From positions 1 through 29,052 of the forward strand of contig DATKHM010000047.1 of NCBI GenBank assembly GCA_035510235.1: DNA of 29,052 bases, written 5' to 3'. The translations under genes and the position numbers were made by a program. This DNA is from Minisyncoccota bacterium. GTDB taxonomy: Bacteria; Patescibacteriota; Minisyncoccia; UBA6257; 2-01-FULL-56-20. The notes under the pieces are model-generated. The model did no database searches. It was not told the origin of the DNA and worked only from the letters and a program-made list of their open reading frames with translations. Shown piece after piece: positions 7,634-16,008 of this stretch (positions are counted from its first letter, which is position 1; each line of letters opens with the position of its first letter).

Positions 7634-9298
7634 ATGACACCGCCGAACTCCAAGGGTCACCACAAATATATTTTTATCGTCGGAGGAGTAATGTCGGGAG
7701 TCGGCAAGGGCGTCGCATCGTCATCCATCGGAAAAATTCTACAATCGCGCGGATTGGAAGTGACTTCCATCAAGATCGATCCCTACATCAATGTCGATGC
7801 AGGCACCATGAACCCCACCGAACACGGTGAGGTTTTTGTTTTGGATGACGGCACGGAGTGTGACCAGGACATGGGCAACTACGAACGCTTTTTGGACCGC
7901 GATCTTTCCGGCGCGAACTACATGACGACGGGCAGTATCTATAAAACGGTCATCGAACGCGAGCGGAGCATGGGGTACGGTGGAAAATCGGTGAGTCCTG
8001 TGCCACACATTCCGCTCGAGATATTGGACCGCATCGATAAGGCGGCAGCACTCGTGAATGCGGACGTCGTGATCACCGAGGTCGGCGGCACGGCGGGCGA
8101 ATACGAGAACATTTTATTCCTGGAAGCGATTCGCATGGCAAAGTTCAAACATCCGAAAGATGTGCTGTTGATCTTGGTGAGCCATTTGCCGATCGTGAGC
8201 GACGACAACGAACTCAAGACGAAGCCGACCCAGCATGCGGTACGCGCGCTCAATGCCACCGGCCTTCAGCCGGACATCATCCTCGCGCGCGCGAAGTTCG
8301 CTCTCGACGATAAGCGCAAGGAAAAGATCGCCTTCAACTGCAACTTGCGCGAAGAGGATATCATTTCCGCGCCGGACGTTTCGAGCCTCTACGATATTCC
8401 GGTGAATTTTGAGAAAGATGAGCTTGGCAATTTGATTTTGGAAAAACTTTCCATGCGCCCCCGCGCAAAGGACATGAAGGAATGGCGCGTGTTCGCGGAG
8501 AAGATCCACGCGGCGAAGGACACGGTGAAGATCGGCATCGTCGGAAAATATTTCTCAAGCGGAAAATTTATTTTGGCGGACTCGTACCTTTCCGTCATCG
8601 AAGCGATCAAGCACAGCGCGGCGTTCTGGGGCGTGAAGCCGGAGATCAAATGGCTCGACTCGGGGCAGTTCGAAGAGGGCGCAGCGGGGCTGAAAGAACT
8701 CGACAGCTTTGATGGCATCATTGTTCCGGGGGGCTTCGGCAGTCGCGGCGTGGAAGGAAAGCTGAAGGCTATCCAGTATTGCCGCGAGCATAAGATTCCG
8801 TACTTCGGGCTCTGTTACGGCATGCAGCTCGCAACGGTGGAGTTTGCCCGTAACGTATTAAAGCTGAAGGGCGCGAATACCACAGAGATCGATTCAAAGA
8901 CGAAATATCCCGTGATCGATATTCTGCCGGAGCAGAAGAAACTCATGGCGGAAAAGAAGTACGGCGCGACGATGCGGCTTGGCGCGTATCCGGCGGTGTT
9001 GAAGAAAGGCACGATCGCCGAGAAAGCGTATGGCCGCACGAAGATCTCCGAGCGGCATCGGCATCGCTACGAAGTGAATCCTGTGTATGTGAAGCGGCTC
9101 GAAAAGGGTGGCATCGTTTTTTCTGGCGTATCGCCGTCACGGCGCCTGATGGAAGTCATGGAACTTCCGCCGAGCGTCCACCCGTTCTTCCTCGGCACGC
9201 AGTTCCATCCGGAGCTGAAGTCGCGCCCGCTGAAGCCACATCCGTTGTTTAAGGAATTTATAAAAGTAGCAAAGGAGAGGAGATTAAAAAATCATTAA
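7634..9298 (+). CDS. pyrG: CTP synthase
   Basis: KYIFIVGGVMSGVGKG, KIDPYINVDAGTMNPTEHGEVFV, GATase GLCYGMQ, QFHPE; ATG 7634 follows TTGCCC-N17-TACACT. Confidence 0.97.
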   Translation: MTPPNSKGHHKYIFIVGGVMSGVGKGVASSSIGKILQSRGLEVTSIKIDPYINVDAGTMNPTEHGEVFVLDDGTECDQDMGNYERFLDRDLSGANYMTTGSIYKTVIERERSMGYGGKSVSPVPHIPLEILDRIDKAAALVNADVVITEVGGTAGEYENILFLEAIRMAKFKHPKDVLLILVSHLPIVSDDNELKTKPTQHAVRALNATGLQPDIILARAKFALDDKRKEKIAFNCNLREEDIISAPDVSSLYDIPVNFEKDELGNLILEKLSMRPRAKDMKEWRVFAEKIHAAKDTVKIGIVGKYFSSGKFILADSYLSVIEAIKHSAAFWGVKPEIKWLDSGQFEEGAAGLKELDSFDGIIVPGGFGSRGVEGKLKAIQYCREHKIPYFGLCYGMQLATVEFARNVLKLKGANTTEIDSKTKYPVIDILPEQKKLMAEKKYGATMRLGAYPAVLKKGTIAEKAYGRTKISERHRHRYEVNPVYVKRLEKGGIVFSGVSPSRRLMEVMELPPSVHPFFLGTQFHPELKSRPLKPHPLFKEFIKVAKERRLKNH

Positions 9299-9301
9299 AA
9301 G

Positions 9302-9823
9302 TTATTTGACGATATTGTTATCCGGATTATTATAAATGTGCAGGCCATCTTCTTGGCCCTGCGGTAGATCCGTTATCGGATTTACGTGCTCCCCCGCCCC
9401 ATAGATATCCCACCGGTGGATCGGGCGGGGGTAACTTTTAATGAGATCAATGAACTTCGTTTTAAGTTCTTCGAAAGATCCCGCAGTCATCTTTTTTGAA
9501 AAATGCACCAATCGCTTTGCATCGAGAAATCTGATCTGTGCTAATAATGCAATACTTGGGCCGCATTCATCGGCTAGGGAAAGATATTCTTCTCCCGAAC
9601 GTACTGTGCGAGTGAGAGGTATCCCGAGAAATTGATCTTCGGTTATCTTTTTCAGGACGGCTACCGGGCGGAGAAATTCACTCCCCGAGCCGTCCTGCTC
9701 AAAACCAATATTGACTCCAAGTGTGCAAAACCAGATCTCGCCCTCGGAAAAGTGCAGACGCTTTTTATATGTGAAATGCACACTCTGCTTCTTTTTGTTC
9801 CAACCCTTAAAATTTTTTTCCAT
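9302..9823 (-). CDS. PemK/MazF-family endoribonuclease-like protein, no antitoxin ORF upstream
   Basis: GEIWFC.LG.NIGFEQDG...RPVAVL..., IPLT, LAQIRFLDAKRL are MazF-fold motifs; CATACT-N7-ATG; the last ~45 aa read through a structured hairpin region. Confidence 0.8.
   Translation of the reverse strand: MEKNFKGWNKKKQSVHFTYKKRLHFSEGEIWFCTLGVNIGFEQDGSGSEFLRPVAVLKKITEDQFLGIPLTRTVRSGEEYLSLADECGPSIALLAQIRFLDAKRLVHFSKKMTAGSFEELKTKFIDLIKSYPRPIHRWDIYGAGEHVNPITDLPQGQEDGLHIYNNPDNNIVK
9306..9333 (+). promoter_or_regulatory. Promoter convergent with the PemK-like gene
   Basis: TTGACG-N16-TATTAT; predicted +1 (G9340) is the first base of a hairpin; no plus-strand gene follows. Confidence 0.65.
9340..9439 (+). 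ncRNA. Three-hairpin small RNA antisense to the 3' end of the PemK-like ORF
   Basis: GCAGGCCA/TGGCCCTGC; GTAGATCCG-TTAT-CGGATTTAC (G:U on plus strand); CCCCCGCCC...GGGCGGGGG followed by TAACTTTT. Confidence 0.55.
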
Positions 9824-9909
9824 TCCACCCAGTATGACTCAACACCCATTAAATATATCTAAAATGAGAGATTGTTATTTGAAACCGATTCTTCTATCCT
9901 TTAGGGACA

Positions 9910-10695
9910 ATGATCATTTTCCTCTATGGGCCGGACGACTACCGCCGCTCCAAAAAAAAGCGCTCTATTATTGCCGAGTTTACGAAGAAGCGATCGGAGA
10001 TCGGCCTCGGCATTTTTGATCTTGAAGAAAAAGCGGCGCTCGAGAACCTCGGCGAGTTTTTGAAGACGCAATCTATCTTTGAGACGGCAAAGTTGGCGGT
10101 TTTGGAGAACGCGTTCGAGCTCGAAGCGCCGAAGCTGGCGAAATTATTAAAGCCGTTCGCTGAAGAAAAAAATATCACTATTTTGATCGCGGAAAAAGAC
10201 AAGCCGGTGAAGGCGCTCGCGTTCCTTTTGGACAAGCCGACGATCTCGCAGAAGTTTGAACAGCTTGCGGGTGCGGAGTGGACGTCATTTATAAACGATG
10301 AAACAAAAAAGAACGGAGTAAGGCTCGCCGCCGCCGCCGCGCAATTTCTAGGAACAGTGTACGACGGCAATACCTGGGCGCTCATCACGGAGATCGAAAA
10401 GCTCGCCGGCTTCAAGGGCGGCGCGATGATCGAAAAAAAAGATCTCGACGTATTCGACTTCGAGGTCGCGCCGAACTATTGGGGGCTGATCAACGGGCTG
10501 AAAAGTTTTGACGTAAAGAACCGCCTCTATGCGTTCGAGAAGATGCTCGCAAGCAATGACCCTCCGGCCAAAATATTCAACATTCTCGCATCCCAGTGGC
10601 AAGAAAAAATTCCGCACATGGCGGAATATGATCTGGCGGTCAAGTCCGGAAAGGTGGACTATGACGAAGCCTTGGTGGATTTATTGATCAGCTGA
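9910..10695 (+). CDS. holA: DNA polymerase III delta subunit
   Basis: MIIFLYGPDDYR N-terminus, SIF...KLAVLEN, WALITEIEKL; TATCCT-N9-ATG. Confidence 0.8.
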   Translation: MIIFLYGPDDYRRSKKKRSIIAEFTKKRSEIGLGIFDLEEKAALENLGEFLKTQSIFETAKLAVLENAFELEAPKLAKLLKPFAEEKNITILIAEKDKPVKALAFLLDKPTISQKFEQLAGAEWTSFINDETKKNGVRLAAAAAQFLGTVYDGNTWALITEIEKLAGFKGGAMIEKKDLDVFDFEVAPNYWGLINGLKSFDVKNRLYAFEKMLASNDPPAKIFNILASQWQEKIPHMAEYDLAVKSGKVDYDEALVDLLIS

Positions 10696-10934
10696 GAAAG
10701 GCGGGACTTGAGCCGGCTCGCCTTGTTCTTTTCAATTACTTTGGACTTTGCGGCCTTGTCGAGCGCTTTGAAAACGAGCGGAAGCGCTTTTGCGGCCTCT
10801 TCGAGCTTCTTTGCGACGACAAGCTTGCGATAGCCGACGACGTGCGCTTTATATGCTTCTTTACGCACAACGTTCCGCTTGTGGCGGGTCACATTCTGGC
10901 GAAGTGCTTTTTTGGCTGACTTGGTGATTGGCAT
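10659..10934 (-). CDS. rpsT: 30S ribosomal protein S20
   Basis: MPITKSAKKALRQ...LDKAAKSKVIEKNKASRLKSRL; TATAAT-N7-ATG at 10934. Confidence 0.95.
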   Translation of the reverse strand: MPITKSAKKALRQNVTRHKRNVVRKEAYKAHVVGYRKLVVAKKLEEAAKALPLVFKALDKAAKSKVIEKNKASRLKSRLSQLINKSTKASS

Positions 10935-10973
10935 AAGGCTCATTATAGCGGGGAACCGCGGATTTACAAGACA

Positions 10974-11001
10974 TTGACAAAATCAATCTTTTTGCTATAA
11001 T
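10974..11001 (+). promoter_or_regulatory. Consensus sigma70 promoter
   Basis: TTGACA-N16-TATAAT, back-to-back with the rpsT promoter. Confidence 0.75.
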
Positions 11002-11068
11002 GTGGATGCTCTTTAATAATAAACACATCCCTCCACGGAGGGCGTCTTGTATCAAGAAGGGATGGCTT

Positions 11069-11350
11069 ATGCTCGGAGAAATAGCTGTAGAAGTGCAAGG
11101 GATTGTGCGGGAGGCCAATGCAGAGTTCGATTGTGTGGCTAAACCAGCGAGTCAATCATGGACATACGCATTTGGCGTTGTCGCTGCTTTACTTCTCTGT
11201 TGGTGGGGAGTCAGTCATCTGATTTTTCAATATCCACTGAAGCTATGCCGGGGTGATTTTATCGCCCTCGTTATCTTCTGGGCGACGCCGCTTTGGTTCG
11301 TCGGGCGGATCGTCCACTATCGGAGAATGCGGAAACGGCACAGCAAGTAA
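11069..11350 (+). CDS. Small two-TM membrane protein, 93 aa, unknown function
   Basis: Two hydrophobic segments and basic C-tail; track start 11000 lies inside the -10 box, so ATG 11069 with upstream AAGGGA is preferred. Confidence 0.55.
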   Translation: MLGEIAVEVQGIVREANAEFDCVAKPASQSWTYAFGVVAALLLCWWGVSHLIFQYPLKLCRGDFIALVIFWATPLWFVGRIVHYRRMRKRHSK

Positions 11351-11365
11351 CAAGAAGCACAGATT

Positions 11366-11398
11366 CAAGAGGGGGTCCCAATCGGACCTCCTTGTTTT
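11366..11398 (+). terminator. Intrinsic terminator
   Basis: CAAG-A-GGGGGTCC/GGACCTCC-TTG stem followed by TTTTATTTTTT. Confidence 0.6.
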
Positions 11399-11472
11399 AT
11401 TTTTTAATAAATAACTTCATTGTTAGTTTAGATTTAACCTTCTTTTAATCTGTCGCGCGTATCATCGTAAAG

Positions 11473-11967
11473 GTGATACTTCCGAGAAATAACTATGCGT
11501 TCATCGATGGCCAGAATCTCTATCTTAGTATTAAAAAGCTCGGATGGAAATTAGATTATCGAAAATTCAGGATTTATCTCTGGGAAAAATATGGAGTAGG
11601 GAAAGCATATGTTTTCATTGGTTTTATTGAATCGAACCAAAGTCTGTATGACGATCTCGCGCGCTGGGATTTCGAACCTGTTTTTAGACCGGTAACCATC
11701 GGGGCTGATGGTAAAATAAAAGGAAATATTGACGCGGATCTCGTTTTAAGGGCAGTCATTGAGTTTAAAAATTATAACAAAGCGATCATTGTCTCGAGTG
11801 ATGGGGATTTTTATTCGCTCGTGAAATATTTAAATGATAAGCAGAAGTTGGGCGCGGTTCTTTCTCCGGACGTTAAAAACTGTTCTTGGCTATTACGCAA
11901 GGCCGCAGGTGATAAAATATGGTTTATGGACGAACTGAGGCGTAAGCTGGAGTATAAATCCCAATAA
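11473..11967 (+). CDS. NYN-domain (LabA/DUF88, PIN-like) ribonuclease-fold protein
   Basis: AFIDGQNLY, KGNIDADLV, IIVSSDGDFYSLV (catalytic Asp pattern); TATCAT-N7-GTG; AT-rich. Confidence 0.88.
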   Translation: MILPRNNYAFIDGQNLYLSIKKLGWKLDYRKFRIYLWEKYGVGKAYVFIGFIESNQSLYDDLARWDFEPVFRPVTIGADGKIKGNIDADLVLRAVIEFKNYNKAIIVSSDGDFYSLVKYLNDKQKLGAVLSPDVKNCSWLLRKAAGDKIWFMDELRRKLEYKSQ

Positions 11968-12020
11968 AAAAGCTCCGCCTAAGGACGGAACCTTAAGCAG
12001 GGCTTTTCCATAGAAACAAC
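11966..12020 (-). ncRNA. Short hairpin RNA convergent with the NYN gene
   Basis: Minus strand AAAAGCCCTGCTTAAGG-TTCCGT-CCTTAGGCGGAGCTTTTTT: 17-bp stem with two G:U pairs on minus (A:C on plus), U6 tail. Confidence 0.5.
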
Positions 12021-12026
12021 AGTATT

Positions 12027-12054
12027 ACTATAGCTGCAAAAGTAATTAAGTCAA
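12027..12054 (-). promoter_or_regulatory. Promoter pointing at the NYN 3' end
   Basis: Minus strand TTGACT-N16-TATAGT; no minus-strand gene downstream. Confidence 0.65.
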
Positions 12055-12101
12055 ATCTTATTTAATGTTTTTTTAATCTTCATTCGCGCTATAATGAACC
12101 T

Positions 12102-12686
12102 ATGATATACAGCATCGCGGGCACGCTGGCGCTCAAAGAAGCGAGTTTTGCTGTTGTGGAAACGGGCGGCCTGGGGCTGAAGCTTTTTGCGAGCAAGACC
12201 ACGCTTGAAGGACTGCCGTCGGCCGGCACCGACGTGAAGTTCTTTTGCCATCTCCACGTGCGCGAGGATGCACTCGATCTTTTTGGGTTCACGTCTGCCG
12301 ACGAGCTGGAGTTCTTCGAGATGCTCATTTCCGTTTCGGGCGTAGGGCCACGGTCGGCGCTCGCCATCTTGGACACGGCGCCACTCAATGAACTCTCGGC
12401 GGCCATAAAAGAAGGGCGTCCGGACCTGCTTACCCGGGCGGCGGGAATCGGCAGGAAGACGGCTGAACGCGTGATCGTCGAGCTCAAGACCAAAGTGCAG
12501 TCGTCTAAGTCCGGCGCGGTTGTTGAAAAGATGCAGACCGACTCCGATCTTGTAGAAGCGCTCATGAGCTTGGGTTATCATCGCGACCAGGCGCGCTCGG
12601 CGCTTGCGCACGTTGACGAAAAAGTGATTGGCGCGGAAGACAGGCTGCGCGCTGCGCTCGCGGTGCTCTCAAATAAGCAAAAATAG
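12102..12686 (+). CDS. ruvA: Holliday junction DNA-binding protein RuvA
   Basis: HVREDALDLFGF, HhH ISVSGVGPRSAL and GIGRKTAERVIVELK, EALMSLGY; TATAAT-N6-ATG. Confidence 0.95.
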   Translation: MIYSIAGTLALKEASFAVVETGGLGLKLFASKTTLEGLPSAGTDVKFFCHLHVREDALDLFGFTSADELEFFEMLISVSGVGPRSALAILDTAPLNELSAAIKEGRPDLLTRAAGIGRKTAERVIVELKTKVQSSKSGAVVEKMQTDSDLVEALMSLGYHRDQARSALAHVDEKVIGAEDRLRAALAVLSNKQK

Positions 12687-12705
12687 CAATAAAAGCCGCC
12701 CGCCC

Positions 12706-13986
12706 ATGAAAAACTTTTTAAAGAATCTTCACCCGCGCTCGGCCTATCATTTTTTGTGGGCATGGACCGGCGCACATCTCCATCGCCATCCGAGCAAAAC
12801 ATTATTCGTCATCGGCGTGACCGGCACCAAAGGCAAGACGACGACCCTCGAACTGATCAATGCCATTTTAGAAGCTGCGGGCAAGCGCACGGCCCTCATC
12901 TCTTCGCTTCGCGTCAAGGTAGGCGAAGAGAGCAAAAAAAATATGATCGGCAATTCCATGCCCGGACGCGGCTATCTCCAAAAATTCTTGCGCAAGGCAA
13001 AGCGCGCCAAATGCAATTACGCGCTCATCGAGGTGACGTCGCAGGCGGTCGTCCAGCATCGGCATCGGTTCATCCACTGGAACATGGGTGCGCTCACGAA
13101 TCTCGCGCCGGAGCACATCGAAGCGCATGGATCGTTCGAGAATTATCGTGCGGCGAAATTGGATTTTTTGGAGTACGTTATAAAAAAGGGCGGGAAGGTT
13201 TTTTTGAACCGCGACGACAAAAACTTTGATTTTTTTATGGAGGCGCTCAAGGAGAGCGACCCTATAGCGAGTTCAAAGGATGATGAATTTTTCCACAGCA
13301 CGTTGCCGGGCATCCGTTCCAAAAAGATGCGGCCTGACGCAAAGACATCGCATTTCCTCATGAGCCCGTTCAACGAGGAGAATATCGCGGTCGCGGTAGC
13401 GATCGCGAAGGAGTTGGGAATCGGGAATACGATCATCGAAAACGCTATTTCGCAATTCGAGGGCGTGCCGGGACGCATGGAATTCATCAATGATGGCGAT
13501 TACACCGCGGTCGTGGATTACGCGCACACGCCGGAATCGCTCGAGGCCGCGTATGCCGCGGCGAAGCCGAAGCCGTCGCCGTCGTTTCCGAAGCCACGCT
13601 TGATCTGCGTGCTCGGCGCCGCAGGCGGTGGCCGCGATACGTGGAAGCGCCCGGCGTTCGGCGCGATCGCCGGCGATCATTGCGATGAGATTATTTTGAC
13701 GAACGAGGATCCTTACGACGAAGATCCGCAGGCGATCATGAACGAGATCGAAAGCGGCATTCCCCGGCCGCTGCGCGAGGGGCAGAACGTTTATAAAATA
13801 CTTGATCGCGCGGAAGCTATTGATAAGGCGGTTGCGCTCGCGCGGGAAGGCGACGTCGTGATCGGCACCGGAAAAGGGAGCGAGGATTGGATCCATATCG
13901 CGGGCGGCCGGAAAATTCCATGGAACGAGCGCGCGGCCTTTGAAGCCGCGCTGAAATATAAAAAGGAGGCACCGCTTCGGCAATAA
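12706..13986 (+). CDS. murE: Mur ligase, MurE-like
   Basis: GVTGTKGKTT, EVTSQA, LTNLAPEHIE.H, VPGRME, VVDYAHTPESL, GGGRD..KR, ILTNEDPY; ATG 12706 preferred. Confidence 0.85.
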   Translation: MKNFLKNLHPRSAYHFLWAWTGAHLHRHPSKTLFVIGVTGTKGKTTTLELINAILEAAGKRTALISSLRVKVGEESKKNMIGNSMPGRGYLQKFLRKAKRAKCNYALIEVTSQAVVQHRHRFIHWNMGALTNLAPEHIEAHGSFENYRAAKLDFLEYVIKKGGKVFLNRDDKNFDFFMEALKESDPIASSKDDEFFHSTLPGIRSKKMRPDAKTSHFLMSPFNEENIAVAVAIAKELGIGNTIIENAISQFEGVPGRMEFINDGDYTAVVDYAHTPESLEAAYAAAKPKPSPSFPKPRLICVLGAAGGGRDTWKRPAFGAIAGDHCDEIILTNEDPYDEDPQAIMNEIESGIPRPLREGQNVYKILDRAEAIDKAVALAREGDVVIGTGKGSEDWIHIAGGRKIPWNERAAFEAALKYKKEAPLRQ

Positions 13987-14025
13987 TTTGTTCCCGCGGG
14001 CAAGCGGCTCTATACTTACTCACAT

Positions 14026-15372
14026 ATGCAACTCACTTTCTATGGGGGCACGGGGGAGGCGACAGGTGCGAACTATATTTTGGAATCGAACGGGACAAAG
14101 ATCATGATCGACTGCGGGCTTCACCAGGGGAGTCACTTCGCGGATCGTGAAAATTTCGAGCCCTTTGCATACGACCCGAAGGAAATCACCGCGGTCTTCA
14201 TCACCCATTCGCATCTGGACCACATCGGGCGCTTGCCGAGCCTTGTCCTCGCCGGTTTTAAAGGAACGATCTATTCGACGACCGCCACGAAGGATTTTGC
14301 CGAGTTGATGCTGGCAGACTCGGAGCATCTGCTTTCAAAAGAAGCGGAGCGCGAGGCGCGTCCGCCGCTCTATATAGATAAGGATATTCAGAAAGTGTTG
14401 GCGCTTTGGAAGGGACTTGATTATCACGAACCGGTTGAGGTCGCCGGGTTCAAGGTTGAGCTATACGATGCGGGACACATTCTCGGATCGGCGATCGTGC
14501 ACGTTGAAGCAGAAGGGAAGACGATCGTTTTTTCCGGTGACCTGGGCAACACGCCGGCGCCGATCATCAAGCCGACGGAAAAGATCCCGTCCGCGGATTA
14601 CTGCCTGATCGAATCCACGTACGGCGACCGCATTCATGAGGATGTCACGCAACGCCGACAGATGTTACAGGACGCGATCACGGAAACGGTGCGCGCCGGC
14701 GGCACCCTCATGATCCCGACGTTCGCGATGGAGCGCACGCAGGAACTGCTCTATCACCTCCACCAATTATTCCAGGAAGGAAAGCTGCCACGCGTGCCGG
14801 TGTTTATCGACAGCCCGCTCGCGATCAAGCTGACCGAGGTGTATAAAAAGCACGAGGAATACTTCAATAAAACAACAGAAGACATTGTAAAGTCCGGCGA
14901 CGACATTTTGAACTTTCCGGGATTGCAATTGACGCTTACTACGGAGCAGTCGAAAGCAATCAATAATGTGCCGCCGCCGAAGGTCATCATCGCGGGCTCC
15001 GGCATGTCGAACGGCGGGCGCATCTTGCATCACGAACTGCGCTATCTTCCCGATCCAAAAAGCGAGATCATCTTCGTCGGGTACCAAGCGGAAGGTTCAA
15101 TGGGACGGCAGTTGCTTGAGGGTGCTACGGAAGTGAAGATATTCGGCGAGACGGTGCCGGTGCGGTGCAAGCGCATCAATATTCCAGGATATTCCGCCCA
15201 CGCGGACCAGCCGCATCTGCTCGACTGGCTGAGTTCCATGAAAAGTTCATTAAAGAAGGTATTCGTGGTGCAAGGGGAACAGGCGTCGAGCGAAGTGTTG
15301 GCGCATAAGATCATCGATGAATTCGGCATCGTGGCCGAGGTGCCGCATGCGGGAGAGAGCGTCACTTTGTGA
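14026..15372 (+). CDS. MBL-fold beta-CASP ribonuclease (YSH1/CPSF73-like)
   Basis: DCGLHQG, THSHLDHIG, AGHILGS, FSGDLG, ESTYG, YSAHAD; TATACT-N9-ATG. Confidence 0.9.
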   Translation: MQLTFYGGTGEATGANYILESNGTKIMIDCGLHQGSHFADRENFEPFAYDPKEITAVFITHSHLDHIGRLPSLVLAGFKGTIYSTTATKDFAELMLADSEHLLSKEAEREARPPLYIDKDIQKVLALWKGLDYHEPVEVAGFKVELYDAGHILGSAIVHVEAEGKTIVFSGDLGNTPAPIIKPTEKIPSADYCLIESTYGDRIHEDVTQRRQMLQDAITETVRAGGTLMIPTFAMERTQELLYHLHQLFQEGKLPRVPVFIDSPLAIKLTEVYKKHEEYFNKTTEDIVKSGDDILNFPGLQLTLTTEQSKAINNVPPPKVIIAGSGMSNGGRILHHELRYLPDPKSEIIFVGYQAEGSMGRQLLEGATEVKIFGETVPVRCKRINIPGYSAHADQPHLLDWLSSMKSSLKKVFVVQGEQASSEVLAHKIIDEFGIVAEVPHAGESVTL

Positions 15373-15399
15373 TAAACTATAACCAAGCATTAAAAAATT

Positions 15400-15984
15400 A
15401 TGAAAAAAATCGACACGAAATATCATTTGAAGTACAAAGTGTGCGTTTCGGGTGCGGCGGTGATCGATCACTGCCCTCCGGGAACGGTGGAAAAGGCGAC
15501 GGAAATCGGGAAGTTGATCGCCGAACGCGACATGGTGCTCGTGACGGGAGCGACGACGGGCATTCCATACTACGCGGCCATGGGCGCCAAGAAAGCGGGG
15601 GGGATCGTGATCGGCCTTTCGCCTGCAGAATCAAAAGCGGCGCACGTGCACACGTACCATCTGCCGCTCGATTATCACGACCTCATTATTTATACCGGCT
15701 TCGGCTACTCAGGCCGCAACTTGTTGCTTACCCGTTCGGCTGACGCGGTGATCACGGTCTACGGACGCATCGGGACGCTTAATGAGTTTACGATCGCCTT
15801 CGAGGATAAGAAGCCTCAGGGAGTGCTCACCGGCACCGGCGGCACGAGCGACGAGCTGCAGCACATTTTGGAGATCGCGCATCGCGGCAACGGCAAGGCG
15901 GTCTTCGATCCCGATCCGAAGTCGCTGATCGAAAAGATTGTGAAGTTGATCTACAAAGAAGAGAAAAAAAGGGAGATCGAATAA
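15400..15984 (+). CDS. LOG/SLOG-family nucleotide-binding protein
   Basis: VSGAA, LVTGATTGIP..AAMGA...GG..IGLSP, RNLLL..SADAVI...GRIGTLNE. Confidence 0.8.
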   Translation: MKKIDTKYHLKYKVCVSGAAVIDHCPPGTVEKATEIGKLIAERDMVLVTGATTGIPYYAAMGAKKAGGIVIGLSPAESKAAHVHTYHLPLDYHDLIIYTGFGYSGRNLLLTRSADAVITVYGRIGTLNEFTIAFEDKKPQGVLTGTGGTSDELQHILEIAHRGNGKAVFDPDPKSLIEKIVKLIYKEEKKREIE

Positions 15985-16008
15985 GGCGGGGTATAAACGC
16001 GGTACGGT

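Noticed and set aside
10659-10695. Convergent 37-nt overlap of holA and rpsT; 68-nt overlap of the LTD gene with tsaE
   Set aside because: Ordinary compaction in a small genome; no further signal.
13273-13983. Long opposite-strand or alternate-frame ORFs (e.g. 13273-13983, 18892-19596, 6283-6834, 16828-17391, 12051-12611)
   Set aside because: Shadow ORFs of GC-rich, motif-supported genes; no independent motifs or start signals.
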